Notes: generated from the sequence alone by a model not told the origin. 63,315 nt of DNA, filler included, from Octopus bimaculoides (GCF_001194135.2; 11 parts of 10 records of this genome joined end to end with filler, not necessarily neighbours in it), one strand, 5' to 3'; positions 25,861 to 38,990 are shown, counted from the whole stretch's first letter. Numbers and translations are program-made.

Positions 25861-26080
25861 AGTAGAACAGGAGAGTACGATGTGTGTATATATTTATATT
25901 TACGCTTATGAACCCAGTCACATAGACCTTCTTGCGTATGTGTATAGGAATGTAAGAAGGTGTTTATTTTTTTATGTATATGTACTAGCTGAAATTAAAT
26001 GTTGACATTTTAGGTGTGTGTGTATGAGCACCTGCCCTCCAAATCCCTCTACATTTGTGTGATATGACATGATTTTTCTG

Positions 26081-26138
<58 letters not shown>

Positions 26139-26591
26139 CCTTTGGTGTTGCTTTGATAATTCTTCATATCCACATGGGGTACTTCCTACCTATTATTTTA
26201 TAACGTCAATGGGTATGATACACTGCAGAGTTAACTGTTCGGGACATACGTAAAAATTACAGTGAAAGGGCGTCACATAACGAACTGATTGGTAATGTAA
26301 GTGGCGTCGAGATCATCTAAATATAAATAAATAAATACATAAATAGATAAATAAACATAACAAGCGTAAAAAGAATTCAACTTGATTTGTTTGTCTTTTT
26401 CAGTTGTTGAAGTCGGTGTAATCAAAGCAGAAGACAATAAAGGTACTAGTCCACCTCAACACATACCAGACACTCGTTTTTGGTGCATTAGCGTATGCGG
26501 GTATAATAAAAAGAAATATGAACTCAAGTTGGGGTGAACATACAAATGTTTGTATCGTATATGTATGTGTATATATGTGTGTGTGTATATA

Positions 26592-26627
<36 letters not shown>

Positions 26628-26759
26628 TGTATGTATGTGTGCGTATGTGTGTGTCTGTGTGTGAGTATGTATATATCGTGTGTTGAAACAGACGTTGTTG
26701 TACTTGGGGGTGGTCATATTGCCAGTTTACCCAAACTGGCAATATGACCATCCCTAAGT

Positions 26760-26790
<31 letters not shown>

Positions 26791-26830
26791 ATATAATATA
26801 ATATAATATAAGTATGTATGTATGTATAGT

Positions 26831-27639
26831 TAGTTTTAAATCTCTGAATGAGACCTAAGTCGTAACTATACTGCATAGTAAAATACATTTGCTAACGTAA
26901 GGTGGCAGTCCTGGTTAGGACCATGTTGCTACCTTTTAACCCCAGGAAAATATCTTTTCCAGCTGGTTATCGACACACAATCTGTGTCTGAAATATACCG
27001 TGAGCAAGGGAGTGTACTACTCTATCTTAGCCACTAGCAATACTAACAGACCAATGGTTTCTGAGTAATTTCCCATCTTCGGTACTGGATAACCGCCGGC
27101 TAGAGATAGCAGCTTACTCGACTCTACCCACTGCATATAAATATAGAATTCACAGATGGTCACTGATCTCGTAATGAGTAAGACAGCTAGTTTTAAATCT
27201 CCGAATGAGATCTAAGTAGTAACTATACTGCATGGCCCTACACAGGACTGCCACCTTACGTTGGCAAATAGATTTTCCTATGTAGTATAGTCACTACTTA
27301 AATCTCATTCAGAGATTTAAAACTATCTGTTTTACTCATTACGAGATCAGTGACTGTCTGTCACTTGTATATTTATATACTGTGAGTAGAGTCGAGTAAG
27401 CTGCTATCTCTAACCGACTATTGTCCAGCACCGACGATGGGAAATTATCCAGAAACCCTTGATCTGTTGGTACTGCTAGTGGCTAGGAGGGAGTAGTACA
27501 CTCCTTTGCTCACAGTATATTTCAGACACATGTTGTGTGTCGATAACCAGCTGGAAAACATGTTTTCCTGAAATTAAATGGTAGTAACATGGTCCTACGC
27601 AGGACTGCCACCTTACGTTGGCAAATAGATTTTACTATG
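26831..27639. repeat. Foldback element of a 357-bp unit: 360-bp inverted arms (26874-27233 and 27280-27639) plus partial tandem extensions
   Basis: Direct period 357 on the left (tagttttaaatctc at 26831 and 27188) and on the right (caggactgccacc at 27243 and 27600). Arms are about 87% identical with no indels by hand alignment. Confidence 0.92.
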
Positions 27640-28141
27640 TGTGTATGTATATATATANNNNNNNNNNNNNNNNNNNNNNNNNNNNNNNNNNNNNNNNNNN
27701 NNNNNNNNNNNNNNNNNNNNNNNNNNNNNNNNNNNNNNNNNNNNNNNNNNNNNNNNNNNNNNNNNNNNNNNNNNNNNNNNNNNNNNNNNNNNNNNNNNNN
27801 NNNNNNNNNNNNNNNNNNNNNNNNNNNNNNNNNNNNNNNNNNNNNNNNNNNNNNNNNNNNNNNNNNNNNNNNNNNNNNNNNNNNNNNNNNNNNNNNNNNN
27901 NNNNNNNNNNNNNNNNNNNNNNNNNNNNNNNNNNNNNNNNNNNNNNNNNNNNNNNNNNNNNNNNNNNNNNNNNNNNNNNNNNNNNNNNNNNNNNNNNNNN
28001 NNNNNNNNNNNNNNNNNNNNNNNNNNNNNNNNNNNNNNNNNNNNNNNNNNNNNNNNNNNNNNNNNNNNNNNNNNNNNNNNNNNNNNNNNNNNNNNNNNNN
28101 NNNNNNNNNNNNNNNNNNNNNNNNNNNNNNNNNNNNNNNNN

Positions 28142-28176
<35 letters not shown>

Positions 28177-28379
28177 ATAATAATAATAAAAGAGTAAAAA
28201 TCATTAATGATTTATACCAAGTGGTCAGCGCGGAAATAAAACCTCATAGGTACATTTTATAAATAATTATAACAAGGCCTTTTATGTAGTGTGTGTTTCT
28301 CGGAGAATTCATGGTGGTAATAGTGTCTCTTGACGTCTATTTTTCAGTGCGTGATGAGGCACATGCCAAGCCCTTGTTA

Positions 28380-28474
<95 letters not shown>

Positions 28475-28575
28475 NNNNNNNNNNNNNNNNNNNNNNNNNN
28501 NNNNNNNNNNNNNNNNNNTTAATTAATTAANNNNNNNNNNNNNNNNNNNNNNNNNNNNNNNNNNNNNNNNNNNNT

Positions 28576-28723
28576 ATTACTATACAATAATGTCTCACGC
28601 TTAGAGGGACTCCATAAGTCAAAACTACCAAAATATGCACATTTTTACCGGTAAAAATGTGCATATTTTGGTAGTTTTGACTTATGGAGTCCCTCTAAGC
28701 GTGAGGCATTATTGTATAGTAAT
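28576..28723. repeat. Spacerless 148-bp palindrome (74-bp arms, 1 mismatch), probable collapsed MITE
   Basis: Centre ACC|GGT at 28649/28650; arms are exact reverse complements except tgtct vs tgcct. Confidence 0.92.
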
Positions 28724-28940
28724 GCCCGTATATAAATATATATATATATATATATATGTGTGTGTATGTGTGTGCTCGCGCACACACACATATGTATGCA
28801 TGTATGTCTATATATATATATATGTATGTAGGTATGAGGGTATAGCTATATTAGTGTGTGGATATATGTGTATTTACACACACACACACATATGCATATA
28901 TATACACACACATACACGCATATATATATATGCACACATG

Positions 28941-28974
<34 letters not shown>

Positions 28975-29137
28975 GAACAAAGTCATAACCGCTGAAATCG
29001 CCTCGGCTGACACCCGTTTTATGAATGCGATCCACTTTGGAATCGTCTTCGGGTAAATGTTAAGTCAAAACGAAATTCCTTCCAGTAAAAATCTTTCATT
29101 CTATTCGTCGTTCCGCGCCTGCGTTCAAAACTTCAAG

Positions 29138-29159
29138 ATGGCGTTATTAGTTCATCGCG
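29138..29159 (+). CDS. Candidate first coding exon of an unidentified gene (MALLVHR+G)
   Basis: ttcAAGATGGCG start context within a CpG-rich unique segment (28990-29170), followed by a consensus donor cg|GTGAGT. No downstream exon identified with confidence. Confidence 0.4.
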
Positions 29160-30972
29160 GTGAGTCTCGTTAGTTTTCAAAAGTCTTCGATATCCATAAT
29201 CTTTTATTTAATTCCTTCACTTTGCTCCAATATTCGGCAAGAACTGTATGTATAACACTTAGAATAATATTATTTTTGTTTTGTTTTAAGTATATTCTAG
29301 AGACTAGCGTTGTTGCTTCTATTAAATTTTATTATTTTTGTCTGTTTTACGTAATGAAATCACATTCGTCTCTCTTTCATCTTTTAATGTTCTTTAATGT
29401 TGCGTTTATTTACCATTTGAAGAGTATAAGTTAGCGTGACATATGTATATATGCGTGGACAAAAATATATATACGTGTGTGTACATATATATCTACATAT
29501 ATATCTATGTGTGTACCTATCTCTCTGTATATATTTTATATATATATGCGTGTACAAAAATATCTATACGTATGTGTGTGTACATGTATAAAAATTTATA
29601 TATTTTATGAGTGGCTGGTATAAACATGATGGCGTAATACATATATTTTTGTCTATGTATTTGTATATCTGTCGAATATATTTTATCTCGGTTAATCTTA
29701 TTGTAACAGTTGTAATAAGGAGTGGCGAGGGAGAAGTTTAAATTCATTTTTTATTTTCATCACTTATTCTTTAATACATTTTTATATTTTTTCTTGTATT
29801 AATTATTTTTGTCTTACAGTGTTTTTCAGTGGATATAACAAATATCTTGTTCTTTTTTTTCCTTTCATTTCTTTATTTCTGCATCTGTATAAATTAACTA
29901 GGATTTAAGGCGACCATGTGTGTGTGTGTGTGTGTAGAGCGGGGTTCGGTAAAATGATTTACAACAATATGTACATATATATTTGCGTGTATACGTAGAT
30001 CTTGGAAGTATACATTAAATGTATGTAAGTATGTACGAACATAGTCATACTACATACATTATTATACAACGACGAATAATCTTGATGTTTTTTTAAAGTG
30101 TAATTGTGTGTGTGTGTGTGTGTGCGTGTTGATGTGTGAAGTATATTTTTGTATGATATACATTTAGAATATCTGAGCATAACAAAAGTGTATGCTAAAT
30201 TATTATACATGTAGTGAAGGTGCGTGGCTTAATGGTTAAGGTAGTCTTGAGTTCGATTCCCAGCAGCGCGTTGTCCTTGTTTTTTTTTTTTTTTTTATCT
30301 CATTACGAAAAGTAAATCTATATATATATTAAACAGTTGAAGTTATAGAATTCGACAGTGAGACAAAAATACAGATTATCTTGCAGGAACCAAAGACCAG
30401 TGTAATCCATATAATTTATCTTCATTAGAGGTTCTTGCTTAGCTCCAGGTCAACTCTGATGCAACACACCTACGATCGAAGATGCTCCAGCCTTGGCCAT
30501 CCTATCATTATCTCGAGTTGTTTGTGTCAAGGACTACGTGATTCAAAACGTTATTCTCGTCGATGATGAGAGTATAATTTGTGGGGCACATTGCTGGTAT
30601 TTCTAGCGAAGCAAGCCTCCACGTCGATCTGTGACACACAACGTGGTCCATACCAAAAAGATTGACAGGCCCCGGCCAGTTTCTTCGCACCATGGAAGTT
30701 TCCCCACCCCCACCTTTACATAAGACAATCTAAATTAGCGGTACTTGACTGCGGCCCCCATGGCATCATGCGATCCTGAAGCATACTTCTAGCGGCCCTT
30801 GACGGTCTCCAATTTATAAATATTCATTTTTCTTTCATTGGTTTTACGTCTTTTGGTGGATCCTCCGAAAAAAAGGAAAACAAAAACAGGTTTTGAATCT
30901 GGCCTAGATATTCAAAAAGTTAAAAACCGCTGATCTAAATCGATATTAAATTGACATGGATCTTATACATAT

Positions 30973-31220
30973 GAGGGCGCATGGCCTGGTGATCATCGTG
31001 TTGAATTGGGTTCGATTCCCAGCTTAGGCAGCGCGCTTGAGCAAGTCACTTTATTTCTCATTACTCCAAGTCCACTCAGCTGGCAAAAATGGGTTGTACC
31101 TGTAATTCAAAGGGCCAGCCTTGTCACATTCTGTGTCACACAGGACCTCCCTGAGAACTACTTTAAGGGTACACGTGTCTGGAGTGCTCAGCCACTTGCA
31201 CGTTATTTTCTTAAGCAGGC
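30973..31220 (+). mobile_element. tRNA-derived SINE with CORE-like segment, family C
   Basis: Head gggcgcatggcc...gggttcgattccc, then ttgagcaagtcacttta...cagctggcaaaaatggg; tail aagggtacacgtgtctg.gagtgctcagccacttgcacgtta is shared with 33295-33450, 60312-60490 and 36950-37005 (minus). Confidence 0.8.
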
Positions 31221-32023
31221 TCTCTCTCTCTTTCTTTCTCTCTCTTTCTTTCTCTCTCTCTCTCTCTCTCTCTCGCTAGCTCTCTTTCTAACTCTCTAAC
31301 GCTTTCTTTCGCTAACTCTCTCTCGCTAACTCTCTCCAGGTGTCTTGAGGAAATTTCGAAACTGGGTTCTTATTCCTAAGATATTTTTCTATGTTATCAT
31401 TATTCAGGTCACTGCCTGGAATCGAACTCGGATATTTGAGGACAAATATCCGTCAAATGTGAATGTAAATAATGTACATAATTCCTCATCTAAATATAGA
31501 ATGGTATTGGTATGTTTACGGCCCCGTAACGTAAAGGTTCGGCAAAAGCGAACGATGGAATAAATACTAGGCTTAAAAACTAAGTAGGGGGTCGATTTGT
31601 TTATCTAAAACCCCTTCAAGACAGCACTCCAATATGGCCGCAGTCCAATAACTGAAACCAGTTAAAAATACATGTCTGGAAATAATTGTTGGGTGGGGGG
31701 GAGATGAGAGCAAACTGGATGTAGAGACGTTTATTATAAAACATATATTCTGTTTGATATCTTTCGCCATATTCTCGAGATGGATGGAATCGACAGAACA
31801 TCGGGCGAAATGCCTTGGGATTTTCAGCTACGTTTCTTTACGTTCTCGGTTCAAATCCGCCCGAGGTCGCGCTGGCCTTTTTTTTATCCGAGTTCTGTAA
31901 AACATTCCAACCAAGACCTGGGTCGCTGTGACCGAATATACATACATCACCCAATCCCCTCCTTAAAAAAAAAAAAAAAAAGAATGCCTGGCATGTGATT
32001 TTTAGAAATGAATATTTACCATT

Positions 32024-32086
<63 letters not shown>

Positions 32087-33099
32087 AATGGAAAATATTG
32101 CGTGTTTCAAACTCGTTTTCTTGAAAAACTCGTAAAAGAACAGAATTAACTACAAATTTTATTACTACCACACCCGTTACGACTACCACTACTAATACCA
32201 CTACCACTATTGCAACTGCGGTTCCAACTAGTGTTAGCGCAACACTTACTACTACTATTCCTGCTACTGCTACTATTACAAGTACTATCACCGAAACCAT
32301 AGTTATTACCACTATTATTACAATTAACACTACTACTATAGGTATCACTATAACCACCACTGCCACCACCATAAACATCACTATTATCACCACCACTAGC
32401 ATCATCACCACGACCATCACCAGTACCACTGCCATCACTTTTACCGACGCCGCCACCACTATCACCGCCACCATCACNNNNNNNNNNNNNNNNNNNNNNN
32501 NNNNNNNNNNNNNNNNNNNNNTTAATTAATTAANNNNNNNNNNNNNNNNNNNNNNNNNNNNNNNNNNNNNNNNNNNNTATATATACACGCACACACACAT
32601 TGATATATGAACGACTGTGTGTGCGCGTGTGTTTATGTATGTGTGTGTGTAATGAATAACTACGCTAAAACAAAATGGATAGCTTTATTCCTTTATCCCC
32701 ACTCTCAAGCTGTCGGTGTGTAATGAAATGGCCTTGCAAAACTAGTAGCAACTATCTCAAATTACTATGGGCGGGTTCAAATGAAGGCTACGAAAAACGG
32801 TATGAGAGGGCGAACGTGTATATTTTTATGATAAATTTTACTTTATTTACCTTTCTCCAATTTTCCAGGAAAAGAGCAAAAAGATATATGAAAAATATAA
32901 ATTTTTTCCAATATCTGAATATAAAAACAAGAACTTTAGTAACAAAAACCTTACAGGAAATGATTGCAGTATGTCTGAGCTATAAAACGTACGCAGACAG
33001 ATATATACATACATAATACATATATACGGGGACACATACATGAACATACATATTTATATACACCCATACATACATACATACATACATGCATGCATAGGG

Positions 33100-33450
33100 C
33101 GTGCTTATGTGCTAAGTCTTTTGCCTCCCAACCGCATGATTTCGGGTTCAGTCTCAGAACATGGCATCTTGAGCCAGTGTTTTTGTTTTTTTTTCTACTA
33201 TTATCTCGGACCGACCAAAGACTTTGGTAGACAGAAACTGAAAGTAGTCCGTTGTATGTACTTCAGCTGTCATTTTCTTTTTTTTTTTTTTTTGTAATTC
33301 ATTCTGTGTCATGCTGAATCTCCTCGGGAACTATATTAAGGGTACGTACGTCTGTGGAGGGCTCAGCCACTTGCACGTTAATTTCACGAGCAGGCTGTTC
33401 CGTTGATCAGATCAACCGGTATCCTCGTCGTCGTACCAGGCGGAGTGCCT
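33100..33450 (+). mobile_element. Degenerate SINE A 5' part followed by SINE C 3' part
   Basis: cgggttcagtc...gaccaaagactttggtagacagaaactgaaag, then gtgtcatgctgaatctcc...cacttgcacgttaatttcacgagcaggctgttccg. Confidence 0.7.
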
Positions 33451-34389
33451 TGTGAGAGACTCGTAACAAAAGCAGTGTTATTAAGTTGAAAACATATCAC
33501 TCGTAACATCTCGAAACCTTACTGCAACATGCATAGCCGACACGAACATTGGAGTAAGCAATTTACAATCCGTTATGAAAAAAAATTTCATAAATTTATA
33601 TTCTTTACATAATTATATTTACAAGAGTTCAACTACATGAACGCATAGTTCAATAACAGCTCATTTCTTAATTCTTAATTTATTTTGCTCCTCTACCACT
33701 CATTCTTGATTCTCTGCCATTTATCCATCTCTCATGAATGCTAATAATTTTATATAAGTTTCATAGTCTTTGCAACCATATGCATTTCCGTTTCCATAGT
33801 CCTTATTATAGCATATAAAAAAAAATTAACCCCCCCCCCACACATATTTACTATTACATACACATATACTTACTACAATATGATTCCATGAACCAATAAG
33901 TTAGACCGCCCACCTCTAATAATCTTTAAGCTTTAATTTTCCACAATCTTCCTAAATTTATAATCCTCACAATAAAATCCATAATCCCCGGAATGATATT
34001 TATTTCCATTTATTTACTTCTTATTTGCAACGTACTATTAGGACCACAGAAATACACAGACACACACATACTCTCACTCTCTCTCTCTTTCTCTTTCTCT
34101 CAAATTAGGAATGTACTTTAGTGGAGGATGTATATCAGCTGCAACCTTTCATAGTGCAAAATTTCGTGTGAAAGCCTGAACGTGCAATTTTCAACCGCCA
34201 TATTTACTTACAAAATTTTCTATATATCAAGGCAACGTCCTAACATGTATAATTTTGCCTTTAAACATACCTATTTTGTTGTATCTCGGGAAGGTAATTA
34301 TGCTAATAATAAACACACGCACTGGTTCAAATTCACTTCTTTATTATTATTCATCAATTGTATGCATGTATGTATGTATGCCTCCCCAT

Positions 34390-34600
34390 TCCACGCCACC
34401 GTTGTTAGCTAAGGGAAAGGCAAAGGCCAATACAGCTTGTTACCAATGACGTCGCAACTTATTTCTACTGCTGAATGAACTGGAGCAACATGAAATAAAG
34501 TGTCTTGCTCAAGAGCACAGCACACGGCCCGGTCTGAGAATCGAACTCCCTACCACATGATTGTGAGCCCGAAGCTCTAGCCACTGAGCCATGTACCTTC
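34390..34600 (-). mobile_element. tRNA-derived SINE, family E, 5' portion
   Basis: Reverse complement of the 40853 copy (aagggaaaggcaaaggcc.atacagctt...gtcttgctcaaga...actgagccatg). Confidence 0.8.
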
Positions 34601-34797
34601 ACAGCGTTTAATGCACTGCTATTATATTATAATTGCATAGCGAAATGCGGTGTCGCTACCAGGAATTAATATGTGGGTACTAGTAGTCAGGAATGTCTTT
34701 TATATGTATAATTTTTACATCCAATTACATTACACCACTACATTTGGTGACTATTTAAGCAAGGAGTTAGTGGATGGTTAATGTGTCGGATATGGTG

Positions 34798-34829
34798 CTG
34801 AAGAAGGACAATGACTCCTGAAATATGTA
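34798..34829 (+). other. Hammerhead-like core remnant
   Basis: CTGAAGA-AGGA-caatgac-TCCT-GAAA: exact CUGANGA and GAAA boxes with a 4-bp stem II; stems I and III are poor. Confidence 0.45.
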
Positions 34830-36994
34830 TTTTTCTGTCTTCGATCACAATGTTTACTTTGTCGTATTCGTAGAAAATCTGTTGAGATAATCTTAAAAAA
34901 ATTATTCATAAATGCACATACACATAGACGCACACACACATATATATTACATTCAGAGTGATAAAATATAACTGCTACTGCATATAATAAATTAGGATAT
35001 AGTTAATACGGTTAAAAGATTATATTTAAATTATATGTGATTACATAAACACATCTCTTCATATACTTCATACTAATCTACATATTAAATATCTAAACAC
35101 ATTTGTACATGGGAAAAATACGTAGTCATATGTTGGGAAATCGTAGGATAGTTTTTTCTTTAAAAAAAGGTTCGTTAATAATTAAGCGCTAGCGTAAACA
35201 TTTCATTAGATACCATTAAATAGAATGACATAATTAAATAATTTGCATTAGAACATTTGACAACCGATTTAGTGAGATTGCACATGTATCACATATATGT
35301 TTATAAACATTTTTACAATTGCATTTGATAAGAATCTAAGTATGTTTTTAATAAAATGTACATGTACTTAAATACAGATAAAATATTTCAAAGTAGCCTT
35401 TTTTAATTAACGTCAACCTCTATATATTTATTATGCGACCATATCCCACCAAAATATAACCCTGAAAAAATATACAGACATATTAGCCCTACACCGTTAC
35501 GTATAAGTACTAATATTTTTACATAGTCCGTGAAAGATATTCTTATGTATAAAACGATGAATTTACCTAAGTTTTAACATCAATGAATATAATGCATTTA
35601 AATATGAATAAGAATTTTTTCGTGATTATAAGATTACCAATTGTATACAAGGTGTATAGAACTTAATGCTACGTCGGAATAGTGCAACCTATCAATGAAA
35701 TTATTGGGTTTATAATATTTCAGTGGTTATATGTCCATTGCCTACAAAGAGAAGTGTAATTTCAGAATGTTATGTAGTCATATTTATTTAGAATAAGATT
35801 ACTCGAGATTGTGTTATACAAAGTTTGCATATATTCCTTCTTTTATACATTGGTATTTTTGAGTGCCCAGAATATGCTGTAAAATTTAAAACCCCAAATC
35901 ACGAACAAGGAAGAGATGGAATATTCAAAACCTATTGTAGAGTTTATACATTGCCGGCTGAAATTTTAATTAATCATTACCCCCAGTTTGTCATGTGTGT
36001 ATGTATATATACATATATAAACTTGTGTAGACATACATACATACATACATACATATATATGCGTATGTGTCTGTGCATGTAATTGTATGTACATATATAT
36101 ATATATACATACATTCATATACATACATAAATATACATACATACATACTTGCATATATATATATAAATATATATANNNNNNNNNNNNNNNNNNNNNNNNN
36201 NNNNNNNNNNNNNNNNNNNNNNNNNNNNNNNNNNNNNNNNNNNNNNNNNNNNNNNNNNNNNNNNNNNNNNNNNNNNNNNNNNNNNNNNNNNNNNNNNNNN
36301 NNNNNNNNNNNNNNNNNNNNNNNNNNNNNNNNNNNNNNNNNNNNNNNNNNNNNNNNNNNNNNNNNNNNNNNNNNNNNNNNNNNNNNNNNNNNNNNNNNNN
36401 NNNNNNNNNNNNNNNNNNNNNNNNNNNNNNNNNNNNNNNNNNNNNNNNNNNNNNNNNNNNNNNNNNNNNNNNNNNNNNNNNNNNNNNNNNNNNNNNNNNN
36501 NNNNNNNNNNNNNNNNNNNNNNNNNNNNNNNNNNNNNNNNNNNNNNNNNNNNNNNNNNNNNNNNNNNNNNNNNNNNNNNNNNNNNNNNNNNNNNNNNNNN
36601 NNNNNNNNNNNNNNNNNNNNNNNNNNNNNNNNNNNNNNNNNNNNNNNNNNNNNNNNNNNNNNNNNNNNNNNNNNNNNNNNNNNNNNNNNNNNNNNNNNNN
36701 NNNNNNNNNNNNNNNNNNNNNNNNNNNNNNNNNNNNNNNNNNNNNNNNNNNNNNNNNNNNNNNNNNNNNNNNNNNNNNNNNNNNNNNNNNNNNNNNNNNN
36801 NNNNNNNNNNNNNNNNNNNNNNNNNNNNNNNNNNNNNNNNNNNNNNNNNNNNNNNNNNNNNNNNNNNNNNNNNNNNNNNNNNNNNNNNNNNNNNNNNNNN
36901 NNNNNNNNNNNNNNNNNNNNNNNNNNNNNNNNNNNNNNNNNNNNNNNNNCACGTGTACCCTTAAAGCATAGTTCTCGGGGATATTCAGCGTGAC

Positions 36995-37190
36995 AGTGTG
37001 ACAAGTAAGAGTGAGAGAAATTTGTGGTGAAAGAGTACAGCAGGGTTCACCACCATCCCTTGCCGGAGCCTTGTGGAGCTTTAGGTGTTTTCGCTCAATA
37101 AACACTCACAACGTCCGGTCTGGGAATCAAAACTGCGATCCTGTAACTGCGAATCCGCTACCCTAACCACTGGGCAATTGCGCCTCCTGT
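36995..37190 (-). mobile_element. tRNA-derived SINE, family D
   Basis: Minus strand head ggaggcgcaattgcccagtggttagggtagcgg...ttttgattcccagacc followed by a non-tRNA body. Confidence 0.7.
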
Positions 37191-38078
37191 GTTTGAGTAT
37201 ATTTGTGTTAAATACCTTGTGGTATTGAAATCCATAAATGGGAAAAACAGCTCGTCCTTTGAATATATATATAAACAGAGCAATCTCGATAAATAAAAGT
37301 TCGATAAAATGAATACGAAAGTAAATATTGAGGTCAATATAATTCAATAAAATTTCTTGAAGGTGGCGTTCCAGAATGGCCGCATTCCAATGGTTGAAAC
37401 CTGCATAAGAACATAAGAATAAATAACAAAATAAAGATAAATAAATGGCGTCAGTAATAACGAGGGAAGAGATGTTGAATTAAAGAAATATTTTAGACAG
37501 AAGAAGCTGTTTAGATAAAAGTATCCAGATAGCAGAAGTCAGAATTATTTGGTTTTATTTTGGTCTTGTAAAAGCAGCGAATCGGAAAAATGCAAGTTTG
37601 AATGACAGCAAGTCGTGAAGAAATGACGGTTGGGTGAGATTAACTTTCCTAGATCAAGGTCCATTTAACTTTCCAATGGTGGAAATTTATATTGGTGTGA
37701 ATGTGTGGATGATTCGAGACGCCATAGAGGATAAAAGAAAAGAAGACAAAAAAAAAATAACGTTAAAATGAAATAAAGATAAAATGAAATGAAATAATAG
37801 AAAAAGAAGCCCTGAGGAATAAGATGAATTATGAGATAGTCTCTTGAAGAAGTGATCTAAAATATATATATATTTTTTTTTCTTGTATTAGACATTTGGA
37901 GGGGGCGGTGGTAGAAGTAGGTGTTCGACTGAAAGAATTGCTTCTATTTTTTCTTTTTCAATTAAGTGTGAAGAAAAAAAGACTTAATAATAATAATAAT
38001 AGTAATAATAATGATAATAATAATAATAACAAGGAGACAAAGGAAGAAAATTGATTAATCAATAATTAAATAAATAAA

Positions 38079-38990
38079 GGCAGCGAGCGGGCAGAAACAT
38101 TACGGCGCTGGGCGAAATGCTTAGCGGCATTTCGTCTATCTTTACGTTCTGAGTTCAAATTTCGACGAAGTCGACTTTACTTTTTTTCCTTTCGGTGTCT
38201 AAAAAATAAGTACCAGTTGGAAACTGGAATCGATATCATCTACTAATCCCTCCCACCACCCACACTCCGAAATTGCTGGCCTTGTGCCAAAATTTGAAAC
38301 CAATAATCAAATAAATAAATATATAAAAACGTTAAGAGAAAGAAGTAAATCTAACTCTGTGATGCTGTTGATAATTCTTTCAACGATTGGCACAGGGCCA
38401 ACGATATGGGAGGGATAGGGAAGTCGATTACATTGTCTTCAGTACTTGACTGGTACATATACTCTGGAAATTGAACTCAGAACATAAAAAGCCAAACGAA
38501 TACATTAAGCATTTTCTCAATGCTCTAACTATTCTGTTTAGGGCGGCGAGCTGGCCGAAACGTTAGCACGCCGGGCGAAATGCTTAGCGGTATTTCGTTT
38601 GTCTTTACGTTCTGAGTTCAAATTCCGCCGAGGTCGACTTTGCTTTTCATCCTTTCTGGGTCGATAAATTAAGTACCAGTCGCGTACTGAGGTCGATGTA
38701 ATCGACTGGCTCCCCTCCCTAAAAATTTCGGGTCTTGTGCCTAGAGTAGAAAAGTACTCTGTTTGCTAACCAGCTTAAGTAATTGCTTCCGATTTAGGGA
38801 TAAAGCTGGCAATTTTGAGGGAAAGGGTTTTGTCGATTACATAGACTCCAGTACTTGATTGGTACTTTATTTTATTGACCCCGAAAGGTTGAAATTCAAA
38901 TTGGCCTCGGTAGGATTTGAAGGTTGAATGTAAAAACTCCGAACAAATACCGCAGGGCATGTCGCCCAACGCCCTAACGATTCTGTCAAT
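38079..38990. mobile_element. Cluster of four SINE B copies in alternating orientation (+38079-38305, -38390-38520, +38540-38755, -38775-38990)
   Basis: Each matches the 18138 copy or its reverse complement. Confidence 0.8.
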
